Of a stretch of 64,000 bases of DNA, positions 9,467 through 18,768 are shown in pieces. Source of the stretch: Flavobacteriales bacterium (GTDB taxonomy: Bacteria; Bacteroidota; Bacteroidia; UBA4408); assembly GCA_040374085.1 (NCBI GenBank), contig JBEIVB010000003.1:2868-66867 (forward strand). The letters run 5' to 3'. Below the pieces are notes generated by a model that made no database searches, had not been told where the DNA came from, and was given only the letters and a program-made list of their open reading frames with translations. Positions within the stretch are counted from its first letter, which is position 1; the number at the start of each line of letters is the position of its first letter. The translations under genes were made by a program, and so were the position numbers.

Positions 9467-10602
9467 ACGATATAAAAACTGAGTCGAAAACTGTCCTTAA
9501 CAATCCGCTTCAGCAATGGTGGGGCACAGATGCCTCTCGCCCATGGCTGGTGGCCGGGCCCTGCAGTGCAGAAACCGCGGATCAGGTGATGGAAACGGCC
9601 CGGGGCATAGCCTCGTGGGCTCCCCAAGCCGTTTTCCGTGCCGGCTTGTGGAAACCCCGCACCCGTCCGGGCTCTTTCGAGGGTGTTGGCAACGCGGGGT
9701 TGGCATGGCTGCAGCAGGTAAAGGCCGAAACAGGGCTGCGCACCGCAACCGAAGTGGCTACGCCCGCTCATCTCGAGGCCTGCGTAAACGCAGGTATTGA
9801 TTTGGTTTGGATAGGCGCACGCACCGTAGCCAACCCGTTCTCCGTTCAGGCCCTAGCCGATGCTTTGCGCGATTTGCCCCAGCTGCCGGTTCTGGTTAAA
9901 AACCCCATCAACCTCGATTTGGAGCTTTGGACCGGAGCGTTGGAGCGTATGCAGCAAGCCGGCATCACCCGCCTGGGGGCCATACACCGGGGCTTTCACG
10001 CCCTCAACCCCAACGAATACCGCAACCCACCGCACTGGGATCTGGTGATCCAATTCCGTACCCGATTCCCCGAAGTGCCGCTCTTGTGCGATCCAAGCCA
10101 CATTTCGGGCAGCCCAAACCTATTGCCCCAGGTTGCGCAAAAAGCTTTGGACTTGGATGCCGTTGGTTTGATGATTGAAACCCACATCAACCCCACGAAA
10201 GCGTGGAGCGATGCGGCGCAACAAATCACACCCGAGCATCTGAAACAGATGGTAGAAGCCCTGCACGTGCGCCAGCCCAACAGCCCCAATCCGGTGTTTC
10301 GCGATAAGCTGGAAGCGTTGCGGAAAGAGATAGATGGATTGGATGCCGAACTGCTGAACGTGCTGGCGAGGCGCATGAGCATTTCCCGCAAGATTGGCGC
10401 CTATAAAGAAGCGCATCACATCACCATATTTCAATTGGAGCGCTGGATGCAGGTGCTCCGCGACCAAAAGCAATGGGGCATCCTGGCGGGCTTCTCAGAG
10501 GAATTTATTCAACGGTTTTATGAAGCGGTGCACCAGGAAAGCATACGGGTGCAAACCGAGGCACAGAACCGAAGCACCGGTCCGACAAAAGACTCCGCTT
10601 AA
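9463..10602 (+). CDS. Bifunctional DAHP synthase (type I-beta) / chorismate mutase type II
   Basis: AGPCSAE, WKPRT, WIGART, VKNP, CDPSH; C-terminal LRKEIDGLD...RRM chorismate mutase domain. Confidence 0.95.
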   Translation: MNDIKTESKTVLNNPLQQWWGTDASRPWLVAGPCSAETADQVMETARGIASWAPQAVFRAGLWKPRTRPGSFEGVGNAGLAWLQQVKAETGLRTATEVATPAHLEACVNAGIDLVWIGARTVANPFSVQALADALRDLPQLPVLVKNPINLDLELWTGALERMQQAGITRLGAIHRGFHALNPNEYRNPPHWDLVIQFRTRFPEVPLLCDPSHISGSPNLLPQVAQKALDLDAVGLMIETHINPTKAWSDAAQQITPEHLKQMVEALHVRQPNSPNPVFRDKLEALRKEIDGLDAELLNVLARRMSISRKIGAYKEAHHITIFQLERWMQVLRDQKQWGILAGFSEEFIQRFYEAVHQESIRVQTEAQNRSTGPTKDSA

Positions 10603-10788
10603 GCTACCACTGCTTGAAGGATCTGAAAAACGCATGAATTGGTTTGATAGGCCAGCCATGCTTTGCTTAGACTAAAGACCGAGTGCTTTCCAAAACAGGA
10701 ATTCGTTAGAAGCCTCAGCCTGGAAGGGAATGAGGGAGCAAGCCTGTTGCCCCCAACCTTTATATAGAAGGCGATTTAACCATTCCCA

Positions 10789-10819
10789 AACGGTTCAACC
10801 CCACGAATCAACGGTTCAA
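10789..10819 (+). promoter_or_regulatory. Putative LytTR binding site: AACGGTTCAA direct repeat, 21-bp period
   Basis: Identical 10-mers at 10789-10798 and 10810-10819 upstream of an operon encoding a LytTR regulator. Confidence 0.75.
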
Positions 10820-10902
10820 AAAGCAAAGATGTCTGTCCAAATTGTTGGTAGAAGTTAAAACGAAAACATGGAATACGTTTGTCTTCTCAAAACACCCCAC
10901 CT

Positions 10903-13284
10903 ATGAAAACAACCCTATGTTTCTTATTTGTCGGTCTCCTTCTCTTTGGCGGATCAGACGGTGCAAACGCCCAGGAAGGGCAAACCCTTCGTGGCATCAT
11001 CACAGACGAGTCGAGCCGTGCGCCCTTGCCCGGTGCGGTAGTGGTTGTAGAAGGCGTTACCCCTCAACTGGCGGCGGCATCCGATGTCGATGGCAACTTC
11101 CGCATCAAAAGCGTACCCTTGGGCCGTCAAACCATTCGCATCACGTATCTGGGTTATGAAACCCAGAGCATTCCAAATGTGATGATAACAGCCGGAAAAG
11201 AGGCCATACTCAACATAGTGTTGACCGAGCGTGTGAGCAAACTCAACGAGGTAACCATTGTGTACGACCGCACCAAAGACAAAACCGTAACCAACAACGA
11301 AATGACTACCGTGAGCGCGCGGTCGTTCAATATAGATGATACCAAGCGCTACGCCGGTTCCCTCTCTGACCCATCGCGCATGGCTGCTAATTACGCAGGT
11401 GTTATTGCCGGAAACGACTCGCGCAACGACATTGTGGTGCGGGGCAACTCGCCCACGGGTATGCTGTGGCAATTGGAAGGTGTAAACATACCCAACCCAA
11501 ACCACTTTGGAACCTTAACCTCTACCGGAGGCCCGGTGAGCATGCTCAACAACAACAACCTCGATAAGAGTGACTTCCTCACCAGTGCCTTTCCTGCTCA
11601 ATATGGCAATGCCGTTTCGGGCGTGTTTGATCTGCGCTTGCGCGAAGGCAACAACGAAAAAAGGGAGTGGATGGCGCAAATGGGTTTTAACGGATTGGAG
11701 GCAGGTGCTGAAGGACCATTTGTAAAAGGCTATAAAGGCTCATACATCGTGAACGTGCGCTATTCTACCCTCACCATTTTCAAACAATTGGGATTGAGTG
11801 TGGGCACCGGTAATGCCGTTCCCGAATACAAAGACATCAATGCCAAAGTAGTATTACCTACTCGGAACAACCGAGGCAAATTCAGCATGTTTTTTATGGG
11901 CGGAAACTCGAATGCCGATTTTCTCGGAAAAGATGTGGATACCTCTAAGGTTGATTTCTACGGAAGAATAGACCAAAACCAATATGCAAAATTTGAAACC
12001 TACATCGGAGGATTAACCTACGAACAACTCTTGGGTACAAAAACGAACCTTAAGTTCACCCTGGCTGGAAGCAGTGCCGGGCAGCGATTCAACATGGACT
12101 CCTTGGATGTTTCGGTGCCCGAACGAACGTTGTATACCAAACAGAAAGTACGGTTCACCAACCGAAAGTACTCGGCAATTGCCCTCCTTACGCACAAAAT
12201 TAATGCGCGCAACACACTGGTAGCAGGAGGCAACTACGACTTAATGGACGTTGACTTCTACAATCAGTTTGTATTTGTGAGCACCCCTTTTGAATTGGTT
12301 AACGTGCAAAAGCAGGCTGGCCTAGCTCAGGGTTTTGCGCAATGGAAGCACCGGTTTAACAGTAGGCTCAGCCTGAACACCGGCCTACACACGCAGTATT
12401 TCACCCAGAACAACCAAACCGTTGTGGAACCTAGGATTGGTGCACGCTGGTTGCTCACCGAAAAATCAAGCATCAACCTCGGCGTGGGAGTACACCACCA
12501 AATGCCCGTCTTATACAACTATTTTGTTCAAACTGCCGGTATAAATGGTATTGAACAAACGAATAAAAACCTAGGGTTCATCAGAAGCATTCATTATGTA
12601 TTGGGCTACGATGTTAACCTTACATCCGAAGTGCGCATAAAAGCAGAAGTTTATTATCAAGAATTGAGGAAAGTTCCCGTAACCGCATCTCCTTCAAGCC
12701 ATTCTGCCATCAACGATGGTACCGATTTCAACCCGTCCAATGTAGCCAACCTGGTAAACAGTGGAACCGGAAGAAACTATGGGGTGGAGGTTACCTTGGA
12801 GCGGTACTTCAGTAGAGGCTTCTATTACTTGGTAACGGCGAGTGTGTTCGACTCCAAATATAAAGGCAGCGACGGTATAGAACGAAACAGCGCATTCAAT
12901 ACAAAGTATGCGGGCAACATATTGATGGGTAAAGAAATAAACTTGGGAAAAACATCGAGCCTATCTTTCAACATCCGCAGCACCCTCATCGGGGGCAAAT
13001 ACCTCACTCCCCTCGACTTGGTAGCATCCAAAGCTGTTGGCACCGCGGTGTTTGATCAAAGCAGAGCCTTCACCGAAAAGCAAAAAGATTACTTCCGTTT
13101 CGACATCAAAATTTCATACCGCAAAGACTTTAAACACAGCACCTTGGAAACCGGTTTAGATCTTCAGAACCTAACCAATCGGCAGAACATCTTTCAACAG
13201 GGCTACAACCGATTCAACAACAGCATCTCTACACAATATCAAACCGGACTGTTGCCCATACCGTTTGTGAAGTTCACATTCTGA
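10903..13284 (+). CDS. TonB-dependent receptor with N-terminal carboxypeptidase-regulatory-like domain
   Basis: Signal peptide; plug motifs RNDIVVRGNSP, LEGVNIPNPNHF, GNAVSGVFD; C-terminal Phe (VKFTF). Start placed at ATG 10903. Confidence 0.93.
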   Translation: MKTTLCFLFVGLLLFGGSDGANAQEGQTLRGIITDESSRAPLPGAVVVVEGVTPQLAAASDVDGNFRIKSVPLGRQTIRITYLGYETQSIPNVMITAGKEAILNIVLTERVSKLNEVTIVYDRTKDKTVTNNEMTTVSARSFNIDDTKRYAGSLSDPSRMAANYAGVIAGNDSRNDIVVRGNSPTGMLWQLEGVNIPNPNHFGTLTSTGGPVSMLNNNNLDKSDFLTSAFPAQYGNAVSGVFDLRLREGNNEKREWMAQMGFNGLEAGAEGPFVKGYKGSYIVNVRYSTLTIFKQLGLSVGTGNAVPEYKDINAKVVLPTRNNRGKFSMFFMGGNSNADFLGKDVDTSKVDFYGRIDQNQYAKFETYIGGLTYEQLLGTKTNLKFTLAGSSAGQRFNMDSLDVSVPERTLYTKQKVRFTNRKYSAIALLTHKINARNTLVAGGNYDLMDVDFYNQFVFVSTPFELVNVQKQAGLAQGFAQWKHRFNSRLSLNTGLHTQYFTQNNQTVVEPRIGARWLLTEKSSINLGVGVHHQMPVLYNYFVQTAGINGIEQTNKNLGFIRSIHYVLGYDVNLTSEVRIKAEVYYQELRKVPVTASPSSHSAINDGTDFNPSNVANLVNSGTGRNYGVEVTLERYFSRGFYYLVTASVFDSKYKGSDGIERNSAFNTKYAGNILMGKEINLGKTSSLSFNIRSTLIGGKYLTPLDLVASKAVGTAVFDQSRAFTEKQKDYFRFDIKISYRKDFKHSTLETGLDLQNLTNRQNIFQQGYNRFNNSISTQYQTGLLPIPFVKFTF

Positions 13285-13298
13285 TTACCTTTAAGCAC

Positions 13299-14321
13299 AT
13301 GATTCGTTTCCCGAGAAGTAGATTCTTTTATATGATACCCGTTGGGGTGGGCGTCGCCTTGTTGGTGGCGCTCCTCCGACCCATATCGGAAACGGGGCAC
13401 AGCTGGTGGTGGGATGCGGGCGTTTCGGTATTCCTTACCATTCTTATTTGGGAAGGCAACCACCAGCTCAATTGCTGGTTTAACCGAACCATTCAATGGG
13501 AGAAAAAGCCGCTGAGACGAGCGATCATTCAGGGGTTAATCAACATTATTATGAGTGTAGTACTCATATATTTGGTATTATCGGTATACGATGACCTGGT
13601 TTGCTCTATGTACCCAGAAAACAGCAAAACCATGAAGCAATTCGGTGTCATCATCGGTACCATGGTTTCCATCATCTTGCAGGCTATGCTCATTGGGTCT
13701 GAGCTTTTTGCTCAATGGAAAGGCAGCATAATAGAAGCCGAGCGTTATAAAAAAGAAGCCGCAAACGCTGAGCTCCAAATGTTGAAAGGACAAATCAACC
13801 CTCATTTCCTATTCAACAACCTCAGTGTTTTGAATTCATTGATTGAGCAAAATGCAACCAAAGCCTCGGAATTCACCACCCAATTTGCGAAGGTCTACCG
13901 CCACCTTTTAAATCATCGCAACACCGAAATGACCACCTTAGAGGATGAGTTGGATCTGGTGCATGCCTATTGCTTTCTGTTAAAAATAAGATTTGGCATG
14001 GGCTTGTCGGTAATCATTGAAACAGACGAACCATGCCGATCTAAGTTGTTGCCGCCACTTTCTTTGCAAATCTTATTGGAAAACTGCGTACAGCACAACA
14101 TCATCACCGAACATCAGCCCCTAACCATTTCCATTCGCGCAACGGAAGACGTCGTTTGCATCAGCAACAACCTGCTGCCAAAGACCGGTGGCATTTCGGG
14201 TTCCGGACTCGGTCAACGCAACATTTCCCTTCGCCTGGCACCTTTTACCGATAGAAGGTTGGAGGTCATGATGCACCATGGCATCTACTCTGTAAAAGTT
14301 CCCTTACTCCACGGTATATGA
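13299..14321 (+). CDS. LytS/YehU-family membrane sensor histidine kinase
   Basis: N-terminal TM helices; LKGQINPHFLFNNL, ELDLVHAYCFLLKIRFG, PLSLQILLENCVQHN, SGLGQRNI. Confidence 0.95.
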   Translation: MIRFPRSRFFYMIPVGVGVALLVALLRPISETGHSWWWDAGVSVFLTILIWEGNHQLNCWFNRTIQWEKKPLRRAIIQGLINIIMSVVLIYLVLSVYDDLVCSMYPENSKTMKQFGVIIGTMVSIILQAMLIGSELFAQWKGSIIEAERYKKEAANAELQMLKGQINPHFLFNNLSVLNSLIEQNATKASEFTTQFAKVYRHLLNHRNTEMTTLEDELDLVHAYCFLLKIRFGMGLSVIIETDEPCRSKLLPPLSLQILLENCVQHNIITEHQPLTISIRATEDVVCISNNLLPKTGGISGSGLGQRNISLRLAPFTDRRLEVMMHHGIYSVKVPLLHGI

Positions 14322-15079
14322 AAGCCCTAATCGTAGAAGACGAGCCGCTGAATGCGAGCCATTTAAGCGGACTCTTGAAAAAGATAGAACCCTCCATAGA
14401 AGTGCTTGCCGTTTGCCAATCTGTAGCACAAACCCTTAGTTGGTTGCAGAACAACCCCAGGCCCGATCTCCTGTTTCTGGATGTGCATGTGGCCGATGGC
14501 TTTATCTTCGACTTATTTAAATCCTATTCAGACGATGTGCCGGTCATCTTTACCACGGCCTTTGACCACTATGCCTTGCAAGCGTTTAAGGTAAACAGCA
14601 TCGATTACTTATTGAAACCCATAGAAAAAGAAAGTCTGCATACTGCCCTTCAGAAATACCATAAGTTGCATACGCAAAACACCAGTGCATTGCCCATACA
14701 TCCTATACTGAGAGAGCTGGCAGAACAATTTAGAAAACCCTATAAAACACGCTTTATGGTTCGCCTTGGAGATCAAGTGGCAGCCGTTAAAGCTCAAGAA
14801 ATACATTGTTTCCATTATGAAGATGGATTGGTATTCCTGCACCGAACCGATGGAAAAAAATTTCCGGTAGATTTTTCCTTAGACACCCTATGCGAGATAT
14901 TGGAACCGGACTCTTTTTTTCGCATCAACCGCAAAACCATTGTAAATCTCGAGCATCTGGGAAAAATGCAGGTGTATTTCAACAGCCGTCTCATGTTGGA
15001 ATTACCCAAACTGCCGGAAGCCGATTGCGTGGTGAGCAGAGAACGCACTGCTGATTTTAAAAAATGGCTTGATCGCTGA
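14318..15079 (+). CDS. LytTR-family response regulator
   Basis: IVEDE, LFLDV, FTTAFDHYALQAF, DYLLKP; C-terminal FFRINR and VSRER LytTR domain. Confidence 0.96.
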   Translation: MKALIVEDEPLNASHLSGLLKKIEPSIEVLAVCQSVAQTLSWLQNNPRPDLLFLDVHVADGFIFDLFKSYSDDVPVIFTTAFDHYALQAFKVNSIDYLLKPIEKESLHTALQKYHKLHTQNTSALPIHPILRELAEQFRKPYKTRFMVRLGDQVAAVKAQEIHCFHYEDGLVFLHRTDGKKFPVDFSLDTLCEILEPDSFFRINRKTIVNLEHLGKMQVYFNSRLMLELPKLPEADCVVSRERTADFKKWLDR

Positions 15080-15245
15080 AGAGCGAACCAGGCATGCAGC
15101 ACATCCACACATCTCCACTCAAAACAAGTTGATTCTCTTCTTCCCTAAGTGGAAGTGCTGAAAAATGCCCGAGCCGATTCAGTGAGATATAGGAACAACA
15201 GGACAGTGAACTGCGTCGCGACAAGATTGAAAAATGAAAACTGCC

Positions 15246-16013
15246 TCAAGATAGTCCCTGTGCAACCGCATAACGCACCAACTCCGCTGCCGTATGCAAG
15301 CCCAATTTGATTTTGATGTTGCGAATGTGCGCCTTGACGGTAAACACACTGAGATTGAGCCCCGTAGCAATTTGCTTGACAACCAGGCCTTTGCCCATTG
15401 CCTTTAACACTTCCATTTCCTTAGGTGTTAAAGATGGGTTGGCGTTTGGATGCCTTTGTTCCAACACCAAACGATCGAAGGTGCCTTTACCAGAGAGGCG
15501 GTGCACAGAAAACAAGACCTTCGTGTCGCGCTGAAAAAAGGTAATGTCGGTTACTAAAGAAAGGTTGGAGAGGGGCAGACCATCCGAAGTACGATCCAGT
15601 ACAATGCTGCGTTGCATGAGCACGCAGGCATCGCCGTTAGGACGGATGTACCGGTAGGATAAACTGAATAGGTGTTGGTCCAACTGGTCGTCGGGGAGGG
15701 CTTGAACCATGCGTAAAAACTCAGGGAAAACCTCCCCATTGATGATGTTTCGATCGTCGGGGTGAATGTGCAGCAGGGCCGCATTTCGCTGCGGATTTAG
15801 AAAATACGCTTGGGGCAAACCCGTAAGTCCCTCCATGCCGGAATTGATGTACCGATACCCGCCTTTTCGATAATCGAGCACATACAGCCCGGCGGGAATC
15901 ATGCCCATTAATCCATTCAGTTTCGTAAGCTCTTCAACGCATTTATCCGAGCGCTCTGTAGGTGATTCAGGATAATTGGATTGAAGAAAATTCTTGTACA
16001 ATACATGATTCAT
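15246..16013 (-). CDS. PAS-domain LuxR-family transcriptional regulator
   Basis: PAS-like IHPDDR segment; C-terminal LTPKEMEVL...IATGLNLSVFTVKAHIRNIKIKLG HTH. Confidence 0.92.
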   Translation of the reverse strand: MNHVLYKNFLQSNYPESPTERSDKCVEELTKLNGLMGMIPAGLYVLDYRKGGYRYINSGMEGLTGLPQAYFLNPQRNAALLHIHPDDRNIINGEVFPEFLRMVQALPDDQLDQHLFSLSYRYIRPNGDACVLMQRSIVLDRTSDGLPLSNLSLVTDITFFQRDTKVLFSVHRLSGKGTFDRLVLEQRHPNANPSLTPKEMEVLKAMGKGLVVKQIATGLNLSVFTVKAHIRNIKIKLGLHTAAELVRYAVAQGLS

Positions 16014-16046
16014 AAGAAATAATGACCGATTTAGGCCTGTTCAAAT

Positions 16047-16062
16047 TAGTCATATTTGACTA
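16047..16062. promoter_or_regulatory. Perfect palindrome TAGTCA-TATT-TGACTA, candidate LuxR-type operator
   Basis: 6-4-6 inverted repeat about 35 nt upstream of the LuxR gene start. Confidence 0.55.
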
Positions 16063-16143
16063 CATTATTCTTGGTTTAGTCGATATAAATTTGGAACAGG
16101 TCGAAGCAAATGTACGTTCTAGGCCAATACGACAAAAAAAAAT

Positions 16144-16245
16144 ATGACGCAGGACCCAAATCCGGAAGGCAATTCGCTCTTGATGTTTTTTCTGGTATTA
16201 TTATTACTTGCTGGTTTTAGCTACTTCTTATTCTTTTCCAATTAA
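16144..16245 (+). CDS. Putative 33-aa single-pass membrane peptide
   Basis: MTQDPNPEGNSLLMFFLVLLLLAGFSYFLFFSN*; A-rich leader and TAAATTTG box at 16086-16093. Confidence 0.55.
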   Translation: MTQDPNPEGNSLLMFFLVLLLLAGFSYFLFFSN

Positions 16246-16258
16246 GGAAAAGAAAAGG

Positions 16259-17491
16259 CTACCGCAGCAAGTTGGCCGCTCTCGTAAGGGCTTGAGCAAA
16301 GGATAACGCTTCTTGTGCGGTGTTATACACCCCGAATGAAACCCGAACCGTTCCCGGCAATCCGAATAATTGCATCAAGGGCTGCGTGCAATGATGCCCG
16401 GTGCGCACGGCAAACCCCATTTGATCGAGAAGGGTTCCAAGATCGAATGGGTGTACATCTTTAATTACCAAAGACTGCACAGACGCTTGCTCTGAACCTG
16501 GCCCCAAAAGGGTTATGCCCGGTAATTCCATAAGTGCATTGCGCAAGATGTTCAACAGATGCTGTTCATGCGATTGAACGCGTTTAAAATCGAGATTCTG
16601 GAGCCACTTCACTGCAGCAGCAAATCCTATGGCAGCCTCAATGGGCGGTGTGCCCGCTTCAAATTTAAGGGGTCCTTCGGCAAAGGTAGTCCCATCGAAA
16701 CGCACCTCTTTTATAATTCCGCCACCCAGTTGATACGGAGGCAAGCGATCTGGCCAATCTCCGGCCATATACAAAATGCCTATGCCGGTTGGGCCATATA
16801 CTTTGTGTCCGCTAAAGGCCAAGAAATCTACTCCAAGCTGCTCGGCGTTAAGCGGCATGTGAGGCGCGCTTTGTGCAGCATCCAACACCACCACTGCACC
16901 CACCGCCTTTGCCATTGCTACCAGTTCGGCAACAGGCAGAATTGTGCCCAGGGTATTGGATACGTGGGCAAAGGCCAAAACACGGGTACGTGGAGAAATG
17001 CATGCGGCTGCTTTCTCCAATGAAATGGTTCCATCCCACTCGACGGGAATAACCCTCAATCGCGCTCCGGATCGTCGGGCAGCTTCCTGCCAAGGCAAAA
17101 TGTTGCTGTGATGCTCGAGATGAGTAAGCACAATTTCATCATCTTCTTGCAATAAAACTTCGGCCAACCCGTGGGCAACCAGATTGATGCCATCGGTGGT
17201 TCCTTTGGTAAATACTACCTGTTGCGGATTGGTTCCCAGAAATTCAGCCAACGCCATGCGCGCAGCTTCATAGGCTGCGCTCGCTTCTTGAGAAAGGGTG
17301 TGCACGCCGCGGTGGACGTTGGCATGGTGGCAGGATGCATAATCTTGCATCGCCTCCATAACTGCAACCGGCCGCTGTGCGCTTGCCCCGCTGTCGAGGT
17401 AAACCAACGGGTTCCCTTTAATTTGGCGTTTAAGAATGGGAAACTGGTTCCGGATGGCTTCCAGTTCATCATAAGAAAAAGAGGTTGCCAT
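16259..17491 (-). CDS. sufS: SufS-family cysteine desulfurase
   Basis: YLDSGASAQRP, HHSNILPWQ, SGHKVYGPTG, RTGHHC; start overlaps the sufD stop (TGATG). Confidence 0.97.
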   Translation of the reverse strand: MATSFSYDELEAIRNQFPILKRQIKGNPLVYLDSGASAQRPVAVMEAMQDYASCHHANVHRGVHTLSQEASAAYEAARMALAEFLGTNPQQVVFTKGTTDGINLVAHGLAEVLLQEDDEIVLTHLEHHSNILPWQEAARRSGARLRVIPVEWDGTISLEKAAACISPRTRVLAFAHVSNTLGTILPVAELVAMAKAVGAVVVLDAAQSAPHMPLNAEQLGVDFLAFSGHKVYGPTGIGILYMAGDWPDRLPPYQLGGGIIKEVRFDGTTFAEGPLKFEAGTPPIEAAIGFAAAVKWLQNLDFKRVQSHEQHLLNILRNALMELPGITLLGPGSEQASVQSLVIKDVHPFDLGTLLDQMGFAVRTGHHCTQPLMQLFGLPGTVRVSFGVYNTAQEALSFAQALTRAANLLR

Positions 17492-18768
17492 CAGGGTTGC
17501 TGAAGCCATGCGTACACCCGCTCACGCACCGCGTCCTGAAAGGAAGGCAGCGTAACCTGTTGAACCACTTCATCGAGAAACGCCTGCAAAAGCAGCTTTC
17601 GCGCCGATTCAACCCCCAATCCCCTGCTTCGCAAATAAAACAAGGCCGAAGGATCGAGCTGCCCTGTTGAGGTGCCGTGGCTGCACTTCACATCGTCGGC
17701 ATAAATCTCCAATTGCGGCTTTGTATTCACCGTTGCACCCGGACTCAATAAGATGTTTCGGTTGCTTTGGAAGGCATTGGTCTTTTGGGCATCGCGACGA
17801 ACGTAAATCTTTCCGTTAAACACTGCCGTAGCCTTGCCCTGCAACGCTCCCTTATACAGTTCGTTGCTGTTGCAATTGGGAACTCTATGGTCTACCAAGG
17901 TATGGTTGTCCATTAACTGGCGGTCGTTCCCAAGGTAAAGGCCCAGCAAATGGGCTTCACCGTATTGCCCTTCGAGTTGTACTTGGGTGTTGTTGCGCAC
18001 CAATGCGCCCCCTGTAGTAAGGGTAAACTGCCAGCTCTGGCTGTTGGCCTGCTGAGATGTAATGGAGGTATTCACCTGTTGTGCATCGGCTGCATCGTCT
18101 TGTATGCGCAGATGGGTTACCCGAGCACCTTCAGCAACAAGGGTTTCGCCCACCACGTTCAATTGGGAGCGCCCGCAACCGGCAACACCGGCATAGGCTT
18201 CAACAAGGGTAAGAGAGGCAGACGATTCTACCTCTACCAAAAAACGAAGATCCGCACGAAGGCGTTGAGGCGAACGGTGCACATGCAATACCACAATCGG
18301 CACCTCAATTTCTTTGCCCTGCCCAACCCTCAGATGAACACCGCCGCTCCACTCGGAAGCGTTGCGGGCAATCATTGGATCGGTGTTGGGTGCAGCCAGG
18401 GTGCCCATAGCCGATGGTTCAGCACCTTCCAAAATCCAGGTTATGCTCAAACCATCCGGCAAATCATGGGGGAGGGAAATGGGTTTGCCATCAGCGAATA
18501 GAATTACCCGTGCTCCGGTCAATCCCCAATTGGATAACCAATTGTCAATAATAACTTTCAGTTCGTCGGGCTGAGGCACGTCCCCAATGAGTTCTGCCGT
18601 CCAGTCGAGGTGCTTGGAGAGGTCGCAGTATTTGTACTCCTCCCACGTGCGGGTAGGCAACCCTTGAGCAGCAAAAATGGCCGCTGCCTCTTCGCGCTTT
18701 GCAGCGTGCGTGCTACGTATGCGGGTTTCGTTTTCCAAATCCATTTCGGGGTGCATACGAATCATCAA
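17491..18768 (-). CDS. sufD: Fe-S cluster assembly protein SufD
   Basis: EEYKY, DNHTLVDH, SNELYKG, FNGKIYV, AQKTNAFQ, KPQLEIYADDVKCSHG. Exact start uncertain. Confidence 0.96.
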   Translation of the reverse strand: MMIRMHPEMDLENETRIRSTHAAKREEAAAIFAAQGLPTRTWEEYKYCDLSKHLDWTAELIGDVPQPDELKVIIDNWLSNWGLTGARVILFADGKPISLPHDLPDGLSITWILEGAEPSAMGTLAAPNTDPMIARNASEWSGGVHLRVGQGKEIEVPIVVLHVHRSPQRLRADLRFLVEVESSASLTLVEAYAGVAGCGRSQLNVVGETLVAEGARVTHLRIQDDAADAQQVNTSITSQQANSQSWQFTLTTGGALVRNNTQVQLEGQYGEAHLLGLYLGNDRQLMDNHTLVDHRVPNCNSNELYKGALQGKATAVFNGKIYVRRDAQKTNAFQSNRNILLSPGATVNTKPQLEIYADDVKCSHGTSTGQLDPSALFYLRSRGLGVESARKLLLQAFLDEVVQQVTLPSFQDAVRERVYAWLQQP

